A stretch of DNA of 32,000 bases from Geotalea uraniireducens Rf4 (GCF_000016745.1 NC_009483.1:3030001-3062000), one strand, 5' to 3'. Shown: positions 1 to 9,337, numbered from the stretch's first letter. Notes: generated by a model not told the origin, from the letters alone. Program-made: numbers and translations.

Positions 1-3000
1 GAGCGGGGCGGCAATGAAACCATTGTGCTCGATGCCTTTTTTGGCATTGATGGTGAGGCTGCCCCCTGCTGAGTAGACCGGAGTGGAAACAACAGGCGCC
101 GCCAGGGTGGTGAACTTCCCTTCCACGTTGATGGTGAAATCAGAGCTGACCATCCCCTGCGCCGGACTAGCCGCGTCAAATGGATGCATCATCGGATAGA
201 TCCGCTCAGCCTTGATGGTCAGGTCCCCCGGCACCGCCAGTGACCCGTTCCAGACAGTACCTGATGCAGAATCGGCCAGTCTAAGATCATGCTTCGCATT
301 CAGATTGGTGGCGGCAAAACCATCAAGGGCGATTTTCCCTTCGACATCCAGCCAATCGCCGGTCAGGTTCAGCGTCGCCGTTTCCGCAGCGCCGGTGGTT
401 ACAGGGACTGTGGAAGGATTGCTGTCGATCAGCCTGATCCAGGGCGCAATGAAATAAACTGCATCCTTGCCGGAACCGGTGATTTTGGGCGCATCCAGAG
501 TCAGGCTTCTGCTGATGGACAGCCCCTTGCTGTACTTTGAAACGTCAAAGCCGGTAAAATTTAGGCCATTCAAGCTGGTAAAGGTGAAGGCATCGAACCC
601 GTCGTCCGTGAACCCCTTGATCTGGTCGGCGGACAGGGAGAGGGGGTTGACGCTATCCCTGCTGGTTATACTCAGCCCCCCCCCTTTGATTCCCTCCTTG
701 CTGCCGGCGCTGCCGATCAACTTTCCGTCGAGCCTCAGGTCACCCACGGCGGCCAGAATGACCTCTCCCGGGGCACCCGCCATTAACGTGGAGGTCCGCA
801 TCCCGTTGACAGCGGTAACAAAAGTTTTTACCGGTGCTATGCCGGCAACGCTCACCAGCGAGCCGGAGGAAAGATTCAGGTCGCCCTTGCTTGCATCGAG
901 GGAAATGGTGCCACCTGAGAGTGGGAGGTATCCTGTATCGGCTTTGCCGGCCAACGTAGAAAGATAGGGCTTGGCGAATCCATCAGCCAGCAGCTTTCCT
1001 TTAATCTCAAGGTCACCCTCATTTGCCGTCACCGTGATCCGACCTGCCGGCGCATTGAGGGTGCCATGCACAACCACATTCGGCGCTGTCAGAGATATCA
1101 TACCGTTAGGGGCTATGGTCTCAATGGTCGCGCCCGGCGCTACGGTCAATTTGGCTTTTGGGTTTGGCTCATTGACCATGTTTCCCTGCGCGTCGTCATC
1201 TCTTGTACCTTCAAACCTGGCATTGGCCGTTAACGACAGGGAGGTTGTCCCCAGGTAATCCGCCAGTGCAAGCCCGCCGGGGAAGAGTTCACCATCGGCA
1301 GGCCTCGTCGTGAGTTCGGTACCGGCGGTATCAACGGCCATGCCGGGTGTCGGCATGGCCAGCCTGGTTTTTGATGGAGCGAGGTCGATCCCGTTCAAGA
1401 TGGTCAGATCGTCCTTGCTTTTCAGCTCGATATTCGTGAAGCCGGTGTTGGCCAACCGGTTGCCGGCAAAGGTCAGTTTCCCCTGGATGTCAACAGGCAG
1501 GGTTGTGTCGCCGGACTGGAGATTCCGCTGCAATGACTGCAGATCCGGGTCAGCAGCCGGTGTTACCGCCACCTCGCCGGCATGCATAGAAATTGTTCCG
1601 CCTTTCATCCCCGGCAGAGCGTATCCACGCAGGTCGCCGTCCGCCACCAGGGTCGAGCCCTGCAACGTGAGCGTGCCGGCATTACCGCCAGTAACCTTTC
1701 CCTTCTGGTCGATCAGATAGCCGCCGCTCACATCCACTACTGCGCCCTCTCTGATGGTCACCCCGAGGCCGCTGTCCGTCTTGTCCTTGATATCGATAAC
1801 CCCGCCCCCCGTGTGGGCGATGCGGGGCATATCGCCAGCTGCGCCGTTGGCGGGATAATTGTCAACCCTTTCCCCGGCAACGGAAATCCGACTCCCGTCA
1901 GCCAGGTAGATTTTCGACACGAGGGGATGGTCGGGATTGTCCGAGTCAAACGTGGTCTTATTGTCCATCGTCTTCAGGGTCACATTCCCGCCGGGAACAG
2001 TGATGTCACCGTCAATCTCGATCCTCCGGGCAACCACGCTCAAGCCGGAGGTACCCTTGGTCCCATCGGCATTCAGGTACGACGCGGGCCGCAGCTCCAG
2101 GCCGGCATCTTTTTCCAATATGAAGCTGCCGTTGGTGTAGATATTGAGCAGGCTCAAACCGGCCGTGCCCAGCTTGTTTGTGGAAAGTTCGCTCGGATGG
2201 AGATGGTCAAGCTGAGTATCTGCGGTGAAGGTATTATCCAGCATGGTTGTGTCGGCTTTCATCGCCACGCTGGTGAGCGTCAGATCCTTCGATTTCACAT
2301 TGCTGTCATCTCCGGGGCTCGTGCCGATGGTGAGTGTACCACCGACCGGTTCGACCCACCCCCGCGCCTTCACGTTCCCCTGACTGTTGGTCGGTTCCGC
2401 ATTCTTGGTCTGGTACAATCCGCGTTGCACCGAACCGTCCAGCTTCCCGTCCAGGACTACCTGCCGGGCATTTACCAACAGACTGCCGGCGTTGCTCCCC
2501 TCCACGTATACAGGGGTTGCATTTGAAAATGACGACGCGGTCGAGCCGAGGACCCGGTCATAGGTGATGTTTCCCGGCGCCTTGCTGATATCGTAAATGG
2601 TCAAACCGGAGACGAGCTTGGTGCTTTCCACGCTCCCCGCCCGATAACGGAACCCGCCACCGGCAAAGGCAACGGTCGCACCTTCCCTGACGATAGTATC
2701 TCCCGACGCGGCATTGATCGTGATTTTTCCACCCGCCGTGCTCCGCTGGCGGGCAGTCCGGTCCAGCCCATAGAGAGCTCCCGATATATCGCCGATTGCC
2801 GAACCGGTCAGGGTGTCGATGGTGATCGTTTTTCCCTTGAGCGGCCCATATTTCTGTTGCTGCTCATCCTTCAGGACCACGCTGCTGAATTGCACCGAAA
2901 GCTGCCGGTCCTTGGCGTCCATGTCGTTCCAGAGGCCGCTGACCGAGGTAGTGCTCCCGTTGTCCAGGTATACCCGGTTGCTGGCGTTGAGGGTTATCCG

Positions 3001-4137
3001 CCCGCTCGGCGCCTCCATCGTCCCGTGGTGTTCTATGACGTTGACAGCACCCTGGTGGAAGACGTTCGGCAACTGCGGGTCATTGACCTGAAGGCCGGAA
3101 ACGGTGATTTGCCCCCCCTGTAAGGGTGTCTGCTCGTTGAACTTTTCCTTGGCGTCCGCTTCGGAGTCAGGCAGGGGGGTAATGGTCTGGCTCTTCTCTC
3201 CGGTTACGACCCGGTCACTGGCAAAGAGTTCGATCTGTCCGTTCCGCTTGAATGCGGTCACGCTTCGGATCAGACCCTGTTGCCGCACGACCCCGCCGTA
3301 CATTCCTGCCACTCCGTTGTCAGCCAAAATCTGTCCGTTCTCCAGGTTTACCGCTTCCCTGAGATTCTGGTTCTGATCCTGGTTGAACCTGACAAACAGA
3401 GCACTTCTGGTGGTATCGGGCGAGGTATCGTTGGCAAGCTCCACATCGGTGCCGGCCACCAGGGCGGCCTGTCCCTGGGGGGTGATAATCGTGCCGTTGT
3501 TTTCCACGTTCGGACCGATGAGAAAGGCCTCGCCGAGGTTGCCGGCAGAGATGCTGCCATGGTTGGAAACCGCGCCGGGGAGATTGTTCACCGCATCATA
3601 GCCATTGTTGTCGGTTCGGCCGTTGTAGTTCTCCGCCTTGAAGTGCAGGATGCCGTTCAGGAAATCGTCATCCTTGATGTTCAGCGACGAGGCGGTCAGG
3701 GATTGGACGTTTATCTGCGAGCCAAGGCCGAACAGGATGCCGTTTTGATTAAGCAGGAATACCTTGCCATCAGCGGTAAGCTTGCCGTAGATCTGGCTTG
3801 GGTCCTTATCGTGGATCCGGTTGAGCACCGCCCAGCTGCTATTCTTCTGCTGGTCGAAGTGGACCCAGGCATCCGTCCCGATATTGAAGCTACTCCAGTC
3901 GACCACAGCCCGAGGCAGGTTCTGCTGGATGATCAGTTTGTTAGGATTGGTCGGGTCCGGTGCTATCCCCTTGATGCCAACCGGCGTTGCGTCAGGTTTC
4001 ACCTGCGGCAAGGCAGTCGGCGCTACCTGTGGCAGCGCAAACTTGCCGTAATAGCCGGCAAGATTTCCTGCCAGCGTAACGGCCGGGGAAACGATGGTTT
4101 CCATGACCAGGACGAGGGCGATGAGCCTCCGAACCAT
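1..4137 (-). CDS. Large filamentous-haemagglutinin-family exoprotein (TpsA), first 1379 codons; ORF continues beyond the left edge
   Basis: Not in the supplied track because it has no in-window stop. Hand translation from the ATG at 4137 gives MVRRLIALVLVMETIVSPAVTLAGN (signal peptide). It continues ...LIIQQNLPRAVVDWSSFNIGTDAWVHFDQQKNSSWAVLNRIHDKDPSQIYGKLTADGKVFLLNQNGILFG, the canonical TPS / haemagglutination-activity secretion domain. I checked the frame open at 1-120, 3061-3120 and 3661-4137. No minus-strand fragments in this frame appear in the track, consistent with one uninterrupted frame. It lies 64 nt downstream of tpsB. Confidence 0.85.
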   Translation of the reverse strand, partial: MVRRLIALVLVMETIVSPAVTLAGNLAGYYGKFALPQVAPTALPQVKPDATPVGIKGIAPDPTNPNKLIIQQNLPRAVVDWSSFNIGTDAWVHFDQQKNSSWAVLNRIHDKDPSQIYGKLTADGKVFLLNQNGILFGLGSQINVQSLTASSLNIKDDDFLNGILHFKAENYNGRTDNNGYDAVNNLPGAVSNHGSISAGNLGEAFLIGPNVENNGTIITPQGQAALVAGTDVELANDTSPDTTRSALFVRFNQDQNQNLREAVNLENGQILADNGVAGMYGGVVRQQGLIRSVTAFKRNGQIELFASDRVVTGEKSQTITPLPDSEADAKEKFNEQTPLQGGQITVSGLQVNDPQLPNVFHQGAVNVIEHHGTMEAPSGRITLNASNRVYLDNGSTTSVSGLWNDMDAKDRQLSVQFSSVVLKDEQQQKYGPLKGKTITIDTLTGSAIGDISGALYGLDRTARQRSTAGGKITINAASGDTIVREGATVAFAGGGFRYRAGSVESTKLVSGLTIYDISKAPGNITYDRVLGSTASSFSNATPVYVEGSNAGSLLVNARQVVLDGKLDGSVQRGLYQTKNAEPTNSQGNVKARGWVEPVGGTLTIGTSPGDDSNVKSKDLTLTSVAMKADTTMLDNTFTADTQLDHLHPSELSTNKLGTAGLSLLNIYTNGSFILEKDAGLELRPASYLNADGTKGTSGLSVVARRIEIDGDITVPGGNVTLKTMDNKTTFDSDNPDHPLVSKIYLADGSRISVAGERVDNYPANGAAGDMPRIAHTGGGVIDIKDKTDSGLGVTIREGAVVDVSGGYLIDQKGKVTGGNAGTLTLQGSTLVADGDLRGYALPGMKGGTISMHAGEVAVTPAADPDLQSLQRNLQSGDTTLPVDIQGKLTFAGNRLANTGFTNIELKSKDDLTILNGIDLAPSKTRLAMPTPGMAVDTAGTELTTRPADGELFPGGLALADYLGTTSLSLTANARFEGTRDDDAQGNMVNEPNPKAKLTVAPGATIETIAPNGMISLTAPNVVVHGTLNAPAGRITVTANEGDLEIKGKLLADGFAKPYLSTLAGKADTGYLPLSGGTISLDASKGDLNLSSGSLVSVAGIAPVKTFVTAVNGMRTSTLMAGAPGEVILAAVGDLRLDGKLIGSAGSKEGIKGGGLSITSRDSVNPLSLSADQIKGFTDDGFDAFTFTSLNGLNFTGFDVSKYSKGLSISRSLTLDAPKITGSGKDAVYFIAPWIRLIDSNPSTVPVTTGAAETATLNLTGDWLDVEGKIALDGFAATNLNAKHDLRLADSASGTVWNGSLAVPGDLTIKAERIYPMMHPFDAASPAQGMVSSDFTINVEGKFTTLAAPVVSTPVYSAGGSLTINAKKGIEHNGFIAAPL

Positions 4138-4201
4138 GGATAGGCCTTTCCGGGCTTGAACCGTGTTTGCCGACACTGTGTCCACTGAACATTTATTTCT
4201 A

Positions 4202-5833
4202 TCAGAACGCATATTTGACCCTGAAATAACCATGACTATCACCTATCTTGACTGCTTCCGTATCTTCCAGGGCAAATCCCCAGTCCAGCTGGTACTCCAG
4301 GTTGCCCATCAAAGCGCCGCGCACCCCGAAGCCGGCCCCCTGGAGAACGACATCAGGCCGCTGCGCAGGTAGCGGATTTTTCAGGTGCAGCAGGGCTGCA
4401 TCGTAGAACAGGTAAGGGATGCACTGCGCTTTTTCCTTGTAACGGGAAAAGGAGGCGAGATCGGGGGAGGACAACTCGACGCTCCCGTGAAAGGCGCTGT
4501 CGCCGAGCTTCTCGCTCTCCCGGTAGCCGCGGACACTCTCCATGCCGCCTGCCGCAAACTGTTCATTGGAGATTAACGGCTGGTCGGAAATCTGCCCGTC
4601 AGCCTTAACGTGCAGCCCGAAACCGGCCGGCAGCTTCTGCATCCGGTCCACACCGAGGGTAAGATAGATATAGTTGCCGTTCCCTTTGAAACGTTTATCC
4701 GCGAACTCCTGCTGGTCTGAGGCGAGATTGCGAAAAGCAAGATTCAGGGCCGCTGAAAACTGGGTGAACCCCGATCCATCCTGCAGCATCGACGAATAGG
4801 CGAATGACCAGGGCAGATAGGAAATGGGGCTCTTGCTGGCTTCCACGCCGTCCAGGTTGACGGTATCCTCGAAATCCTTGTAATCGAGGCCGCAGACGAA
4901 GCTGTGACTGTAGCCGTCTTTGGGCGCAAGCGGCAGCATGTAGCGGGCGCCGACAATGTTCCCCTTGCCGACGGTCTTGAACCCTTCGCCGAAGGCGGAC
5001 TGGCTGTCAGACCAGACCCCGTAAAGGACCAGCTTCTGTTCATCGTTCCACGGTGCAGGCAACGTGTATGAACCTGAGACGACCTGCACCTCGTTCAGTT
5101 TTTGCGGCGACGTCTGGTACTGGAGAGAAATGGAATGCAGCCGCTGCCAGAAATTGTCGTAGTGAAGCGCGCCATTCAGGCGGAGTCCGGTGGTGCTCTG
5201 GGTGGAGCGGTTGTTCAACTCCAGGCTGCCATGGAGGGGGCGGTGGTCCTCCACCTTCAGTTCCACGTCGACAACGCCGATTTCCCTGGAGGGGGTCATA
5301 TTCGGCATGACCTTCAGGTCCGGAATCCGGTTGATCTTGCCGATCTCCTGCTGAACCCGCGGCACGAAAATGATCCCGCCGGATTGGAATGACGGTATCC
5401 GCTTCAGGATCATCTCCGTCGAAAAGTAGCGATTGCCGTTGACGGCAACCTTGCCGATTTTGCTTTCGATGACTTGCAGCCTTATCACGCCCCCGTCAAC
5501 GGATTGTTCGGGGATATTCACCAGCACCGTCGGATATCCTTCGTCATGGTAGAATTTTTCCAGGACGTCCCGCGCCTTTTCCACATCCGCAGAGGTCTTG
5601 CCCGGGCCGAGCGATCCCTTCATCAGCTCATCCAGGCGCTCGCGCTGAAAGATGGTGTTCCCTTCGATAACGATATAGCTGATCTCGAAGACCGCTTCCT
5701 GCTCTTGAGCCGGCGCAGGTTCTGCGGCCTGAACCTTGTAAGCGAAAAACAGCAGTATCAAAATGCAGAGCACAAGGATCAAACCGACAGTGCGCGGATG
5801 TATTTCCGCCTTCTTGTTGCTATAACCGATCAT
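4202..5833 (-). CDS. TpsB outer-membrane transporter (ShlB/FhaC/HecB family, POTRA domains plus beta-barrel)
   Basis: 543-aa ORF with an N-terminal signal/TM (VGLILVLCILILLFFAYKVQAAEP). POTRA-like segment FEISYIVIEGNTIF...IRLQVIESKIGKVAVNGNRYF. Beta-barrel C-terminus ending in ...GYFRVKYAF (terminal Phe). Adjacent to and upstream of tpsA. Confidence 0.9.
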   Translation of the reverse strand: MIGYSNKKAEIHPRTVGLILVLCILILLFFAYKVQAAEPAPAQEQEAVFEISYIVIEGNTIFQRERLDELMKGSLGPGKTSADVEKARDVLEKFYHDEGYPTVLVNIPEQSVDGGVIRLQVIESKIGKVAVNGNRYFSTEMILKRIPSFQSGGIIFVPRVQQEIGKINRIPDLKVMPNMTPSREIGVVDVELKVEDHRPLHGSLELNNRSTQSTTGLRLNGALHYDNFWQRLHSISLQYQTSPQKLNEVQVVSGSYTLPAPWNDEQKLVLYGVWSDSQSAFGEGFKTVGKGNIVGARYMLPLAPKDGYSHSFVCGLDYKDFEDTVNLDGVEASKSPISYLPWSFAYSSMLQDGSGFTQFSAALNLAFRNLASDQQEFADKRFKGNGNYIYLTLGVDRMQKLPAGFGLHVKADGQISDQPLISNEQFAAGGMESVRGYRESEKLGDSAFHGSVELSSPDLASFSRYKEKAQCIPYLFYDAALLHLKNPLPAQRPDVVLQGAGFGVRGALMGNLEYQLDWGFALEDTEAVKIGDSHGYFRVKYAF

Positions 5834-5873
5834 TGGTTTCCATTTCGTTCTTCATATCTTGTGCGTTTCATGC

Positions 5874-5905
5874 ACATTTACGGCTCTTCGACGATTTGAG
5901 TGGGT
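5874..5905. repeat. Target-site duplication copy 1 (ACATTTAC, 5874-5881) plus left inverted repeat of the IS
   Basis: Read directly from the sequence; the identical 8-mer occurs at 7225-7232. Confidence 0.88.
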
Positions 5906-7224
5906 TGGTATGCCGAGTTGGGGTATGATGGCGTCCCCATCACTCAACCCGGAGGTTTAGTCACTGATATGAATCCTGAAGATCTTTTTGGTGCTGCTCT
6001 TGGAATTGCCATCCCGTGGAAGGTTACCTCTGTTGACTTCAACAAGAAGTCAAGTCGTTTGGACATAACCATCGACTTCCAGCGGGGAGCCACCTTTCCC
6101 TGTCCGGTCTGCGGAACGTTGTCACCAGTCCATGACACCACGGAGAAAGAGTGGCGGCATCTGAATTTCTTCCAGTACGAAGCCTACCTTCATGCGCGTG
6201 TTCCACGGGTAAAGTGCCCTAACAGCGACTGCGGCGTGAAGTTGGTCCAGGTACCCTGGGCTCGCGCAGGCTCAGGATTTACGCTGCTGTTTGAGGCCCT
6301 GGCCATGACCATGGCTCGTGATTTGCCGGTGAAGGTCATGAGCAGGCTGTTTGCCGTTACCGATACCCGTCTATGGCGGTTGATTCAATCCTATGTCGAG
6401 AAGGCAAGGGCCGCAGAAGACTTCTCCGAGGTGAAGAGGGTCGGTGCGGATGAAACCTTTGCCGGGCGCAGTCATGACGAGAAATTCGTCACCTTCTTCT
6501 TCGACCTCGACATGCATAAGCTCTTGTTCGGCACGACGGGAAAGGACAACGAAACAGTCAAGAGCTTCGTCGCGGACCTTAAGTCACATGGCGGCGATCC
6601 TGATAGCATCACAGACGCTGCTATTGACATGTCCAAGGCATTCATAAAGGGTGTCAAAGAGCAGTTGCCCCATGCCGTGGTCACCTTCGATAAATTCCAC
6701 GTCATCAAGCTTATGAACGATAAGCTTAGTAAGATAAGGGCTCAAGAAGCCAGGTTATTTCCTGAAATCCTGAAAAAGAGCCGAAACTTATTCCTCAAAA
6801 ATCCTGAGAACCTGACGCCGGAAGAGGAGCAGCGCCTGGATGCCATTATCACCAGCCAGAGCTTAAGGAGTACAGAAGCTTACATGCACAAGATAAACCT
6901 TCAGAACGTCTATTTTGCTGCAAGCCGACAGGAGGCGGAAACCCTGTTGACCAAATGGCATCGCAAGGCCGCCGCAAGCTCAATACAACTCATCAAGAAC
7001 ATGGCAGAATCCGTGAAAGAGCATTGGGATGGCATTCTGGCACATTTTGACAGCAGGCTGACTAGCGGTTTCATCGAGGGTATCAACAGCCTCATCCAAT
7101 CAGCCAAAACTCGGGCACGAGGGTATCGGAATCCTGACAACTTGATCTGCATTGCTTACCTGGTTGCAGGCAAGCTCAACCTTAAATCGCTATACCCTCT
7201 ACCCACTTGATTCGTTGCAGAGCC
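5882..7224 (+). mobile_element. ISL3-family insertion sequence, 1343 bp, apparently intact
   Basis: 24-nt imperfect terminal inverted repeats: GGCTCTTCGACGATTTGAGTGGGT at 5882-5905, and the reverse complement of 7201-7224 = GGCTCTGCAACGAATCAAGTGGGT (19/24 identical). A perfect 8-bp direct repeat ACATTTAC flanks both ends. A single intact transposase ORF lies inside. Confidence 0.88.
5969..7210 (+). CDS. ISL3-family transposase
   Basis: Zinc-finger-like FPCPVCGTLSPVHD...VKCPNSDCG. DDE-region motifs VGADETF, AIDMSKAFIKG, FDKFHV, GFIEGINSLIQSAKTRARGYRN. The track starts at a GTG at 5900 that lies inside the left IR. I prefer the ATG at 5969 (MNPEDLF...), with GGAGG at 5951-5955. The stop lies inside the right IR. 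Confidence 0.9.
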   Translation: MNPEDLFGAALGIAIPWKVTSVDFNKKSSRLDITIDFQRGATFPCPVCGTLSPVHDTTEKEWRHLNFFQYEAYLHARVPRVKCPNSDCGVKLVQVPWARAGSGFTLLFEALAMTMARDLPVKVMSRLFAVTDTRLWRLIQSYVEKARAAEDFSEVKRVGADETFAGRSHDEKFVTFFFDLDMHKLLFGTTGKDNETVKSFVADLKSHGGDPDSITDAAIDMSKAFIKGVKEQLPHAVVTFDKFHVIKLMNDKLSKIRAQEARLFPEILKKSRNLFLKNPENLTPEEEQRLDAIITSQSLRSTEAYMHKINLQNVYFAASRQEAETLLTKWHRKAAASSIQLIKNMAESVKEHWDGILAHFDSRLTSGFIEGINSLIQSAKTRARGYRNPDNLICIAYLVAGKLNLKSLYPLPT

Positions 7225-7232
7225 ACATTTAC
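7201..7232. repeat. Right inverted repeat of the IS plus target-site duplication copy 2 (ACATTTAC, 7225-7232)
   Basis: Read directly from the sequence. An 8-bp duplication is the size expected for the ISL3 family. Confidence 0.88.
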
Positions 7233-7256
7233 GGCACTTTTCCCGACAACCGTACG

Positions 7257-8522
7257 TTAAATCTTGAGGTTCTCTGTTACAGCCCGCAACTCCCTGCTCA
7301 ACGCCTCGCCGTCGCGAAAGCCGTCAATCCGCGTTGCCTCCCGGCCGTCCCGGTCAAGGACGACAATCAGGGGGAAGCCGTCCTGCCCGTACTGCGCTTT
7401 AAACTTCTGTTCCTTGTTGGAATTGACCTTGAGCCAGACAAACCGGTCACTGAGGAGTCGTACGCGGGGGTCCTGCACGCTTTCTTCGAACAGCTTCTTG
7501 CACCAGCCGCACCATTCAGCGTAGAGAACCAGCACTGCCGGCGTCCCGTTCTCCTTTGCAGCGCTGAGCCCCTTGTCATGGTCTTCCAGCCAGGTAATGG
7601 CGTGCTTGCCGAGTGCAGAAGCCTTGACCAATGAAACAACTTCCAGATCGAGGGTGATATCCTTGCCGGCCAGCGGATGATTGAAATCCGCGGTAAAGGA
7701 TGCGGCGTCCACCGCGGTGATTGTTCCGCGCTTTCCCTGCACTTCCAGCGGGGCCCCGATTCGCGGGGCAATGTTGATGCTTATCTGCTCACCATCCAGA
7801 CGGACCTGCACCTCGCCGTATGGTTCGGTAAAACGTTCGCCGTCCTTGGCCAGAAACTCCAGGGTTGCCTCTTTTTCGCTGACCGCAGTAATCCGCGACT
7901 TGAAATAGGGGGCAAGTTCCAGCTCTTTGCCGACGACGGGAAAGGCGCCGAACTGCTTGACATATTCATCCGCCGGCATGCGGATGGTCTTCGAAATGGT
8001 TTTGACTGTGGGAAACTGGAAGATTTTTGCCGGGTCGGAGAGGCCGAACGCCTTCTCCGCCGGCAGTTTCACGCTCTTTTTTCCGCCGATGGCCATACCG
8101 GGCACCGCCTCCCCCAGGCCGGGGATTGCTGCCGGCGTACCGGCGATAATCTCTTCCGGGGCAAGCCGCTGCCCCGGGTCATTTGCCACAGCCGCGCGAC
8201 TGGTGCGCAGAAGCTTGCCGGCAGCATCGGTGACCGTGTAATCAACCGTTACCACATCCCCCTTTTGCACCGTGCCGGGAGTCTCGTTCAGGTCGATGCT
8301 CGCCGTGGTTCGGCCGCTCTTGACCGCCTCATCTAAAGCGGCATTGGCCTTCTCCGGGGAAGCGGCCTGATTCGTACCTGCTGCCGGGGGTGTTTCTTGT
8401 ACTGCGGCACTCTTTAAAGGCTGTCCGGCACAGCCGGCGAGGGCAGAAACAGCCGCCAGAATGACAAGCGACCGTTTTACGGCGTGCGACGATATAATCC
8501 GCTGGCAATGATTCATGTTCAT
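7257..8522 (-). CDS. Lipoprotein: SlyD-like FKBP peptidyl-prolyl isomerase/chaperone fused to a C-terminal thioredoxin-fold (CxxC) domain
   Basis: Lipobox LAGC in LVILAAVSALAGCAGQ. FKBP N-half GDVVTVDYTVTDAAGKLL. FKBP C-half FNHPLAGKDITLDLEVVSL (the SlyD-type NHPLAGK motif), with a long insert between the halves. C-terminal AVLVLYAEWCGWCKKLFEES...FVWLKVNSNKE...GFPLIVVLDRDG is thioredoxin-like. The start overlaps the upstream stop (ATGA at 8519-8522). Confidence 0.75.
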   Translation of the reverse strand: MNMNHCQRIISSHAVKRSLVILAAVSALAGCAGQPLKSAAVQETPPAAGTNQAASPEKANAALDEAVKSGRTTASIDLNETPGTVQKGDVVTVDYTVTDAAGKLLRTSRAAVANDPGQRLAPEEIIAGTPAAIPGLGEAVPGMAIGGKKSVKLPAEKAFGLSDPAKIFQFPTVKTISKTIRMPADEYVKQFGAFPVVGKELELAPYFKSRITAVSEKEATLEFLAKDGERFTEPYGEVQVRLDGEQISINIAPRIGAPLEVQGKRGTITAVDAASFTADFNHPLAGKDITLDLEVVSLVKASALGKHAITWLEDHDKGLSAAKENGTPAVLVLYAEWCGWCKKLFEESVQDPRVRLLSDRFVWLKVNSNKEQKFKAQYGQDGFPLIVVLDRDGREATRIDGFRDGEALSRELRAVTENLKI

Positions 8523-9337
8523 TTATCCTTTTGTCCTGCCTGTTGTTCCACCGATAGCACCGTGATGTCGCAAGCCAGTTCTTCGCCGCCGAATGGATTG
8601 CTGTAATCCAGGGTAATCAAGCGGTCATCGACCTTGATTATCTTTCCCACCATCGGCCCGCTCCTGACGAGACTTCCCGGCCGGGCATCGATGTGAATTT
8701 CATATTGATCCTCTGCCGACCGTATTATCCCCTTGCCAAACGGTGTCGAAACTTCTGTCCCCGGTATGGCTGAAAAACGGATCAGCACCTCATTGTCGTT
8801 CACCGACTCCACTTTGCCGGGTATGAGCGGGTCTATGGCGTACTCCTTACCGACCTCAGGTGCTGTCCCCTTTTGAGCCATGTAAGTATCCCGGGAGATA
8901 CGCAATTCCTTGGGGCGGACCCTGACCCGCGCTACTTGCAGCTTTCCCTGGCCATCCGTTGCTGTTTTCTTTTCAACCACAGTCATGCTCCTGCTCTCAC
9001 CCTGCCGCATGCCGACAACCTGGACCGCCACTCTTCTGGCAATCTCATCTTCGAAACTGGGGAACCGGACGCCTGCGGCAACGCTCTCTGGTGAGCCTGC
9101 AGTTAACGACAGCGGCTCACTATCCTTTTTAGGGAGATAAATTCCTGCATTGGCTGCCGACTGATCCTTAACCATGGTTGCCGCGGCCAGTTCGCCGTTT
9201 TGCAGACGGCAGGCATAATGCAAACCGACGCGGTCGCCATTCTGAACCACCGGAACGTGCGCAGCGCACCCGCTTTGCACCAGCAAAGCCGCGACTAATA
9301 TGATGATATTGCTGATGTTCCAACCGGACTTCGTCAT
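8519..9337 (-). CDS. Probable lipoprotein, SlyD-like FKBP peptidyl-prolyl isomerase
   Basis: Signal peptide ending LLVQSGC (non-canonical lipobox). GDRVGLHYACRLQNGEL is an FKBP N-half. YSNPFGGEELACDITVLSVE is an FKBP C-half, with an insert between them. GGAAGGGGA lies upstream of the ATG. Confidence 0.65.
   Translation of the reverse strand: MTKSGWNISNIIILVAALLVQSGCAAHVPVVQNGDRVGLHYACRLQNGELAAATMVKDQSAANAGIYLPKKDSEPLSLTAGSPESVAAGVRFPSFEDEIARRVAVQVVGMRQGESRSMTVVEKKTATDGQGKLQVARVRVRPKELRISRDTYMAQKGTAPEVGKEYAIDPLIPGKVESVNDNEVLIRFSAIPGTEVSTPFGKGIIRSAEDQYEIHIDARPGSLVRSGPMVGKIIKVDDRLITLDYSNPFGGEELACDITVLSVEQQAGQKDK

Noticed and set aside
212-4143. Series of plus-strand ORFs in the track (e.g. 1582-2526, 314 aa; 3280-4143, 287 aa)
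   Set aside because: They are antisense shadows of the tpsA frame. Their proteins are Pro/Arg/Gly/Ala-rich low-complexity sequence, there is no RBS context, and the opposite strand encodes a textbook TPS domain.
5900-5968. GTG at 5900 as the transposase start
   Set aside because: It lies inside the left inverted repeat. The ATG at 5969 gives an N-terminus typical of the family, although its RBS spacing (13 nt) is long.
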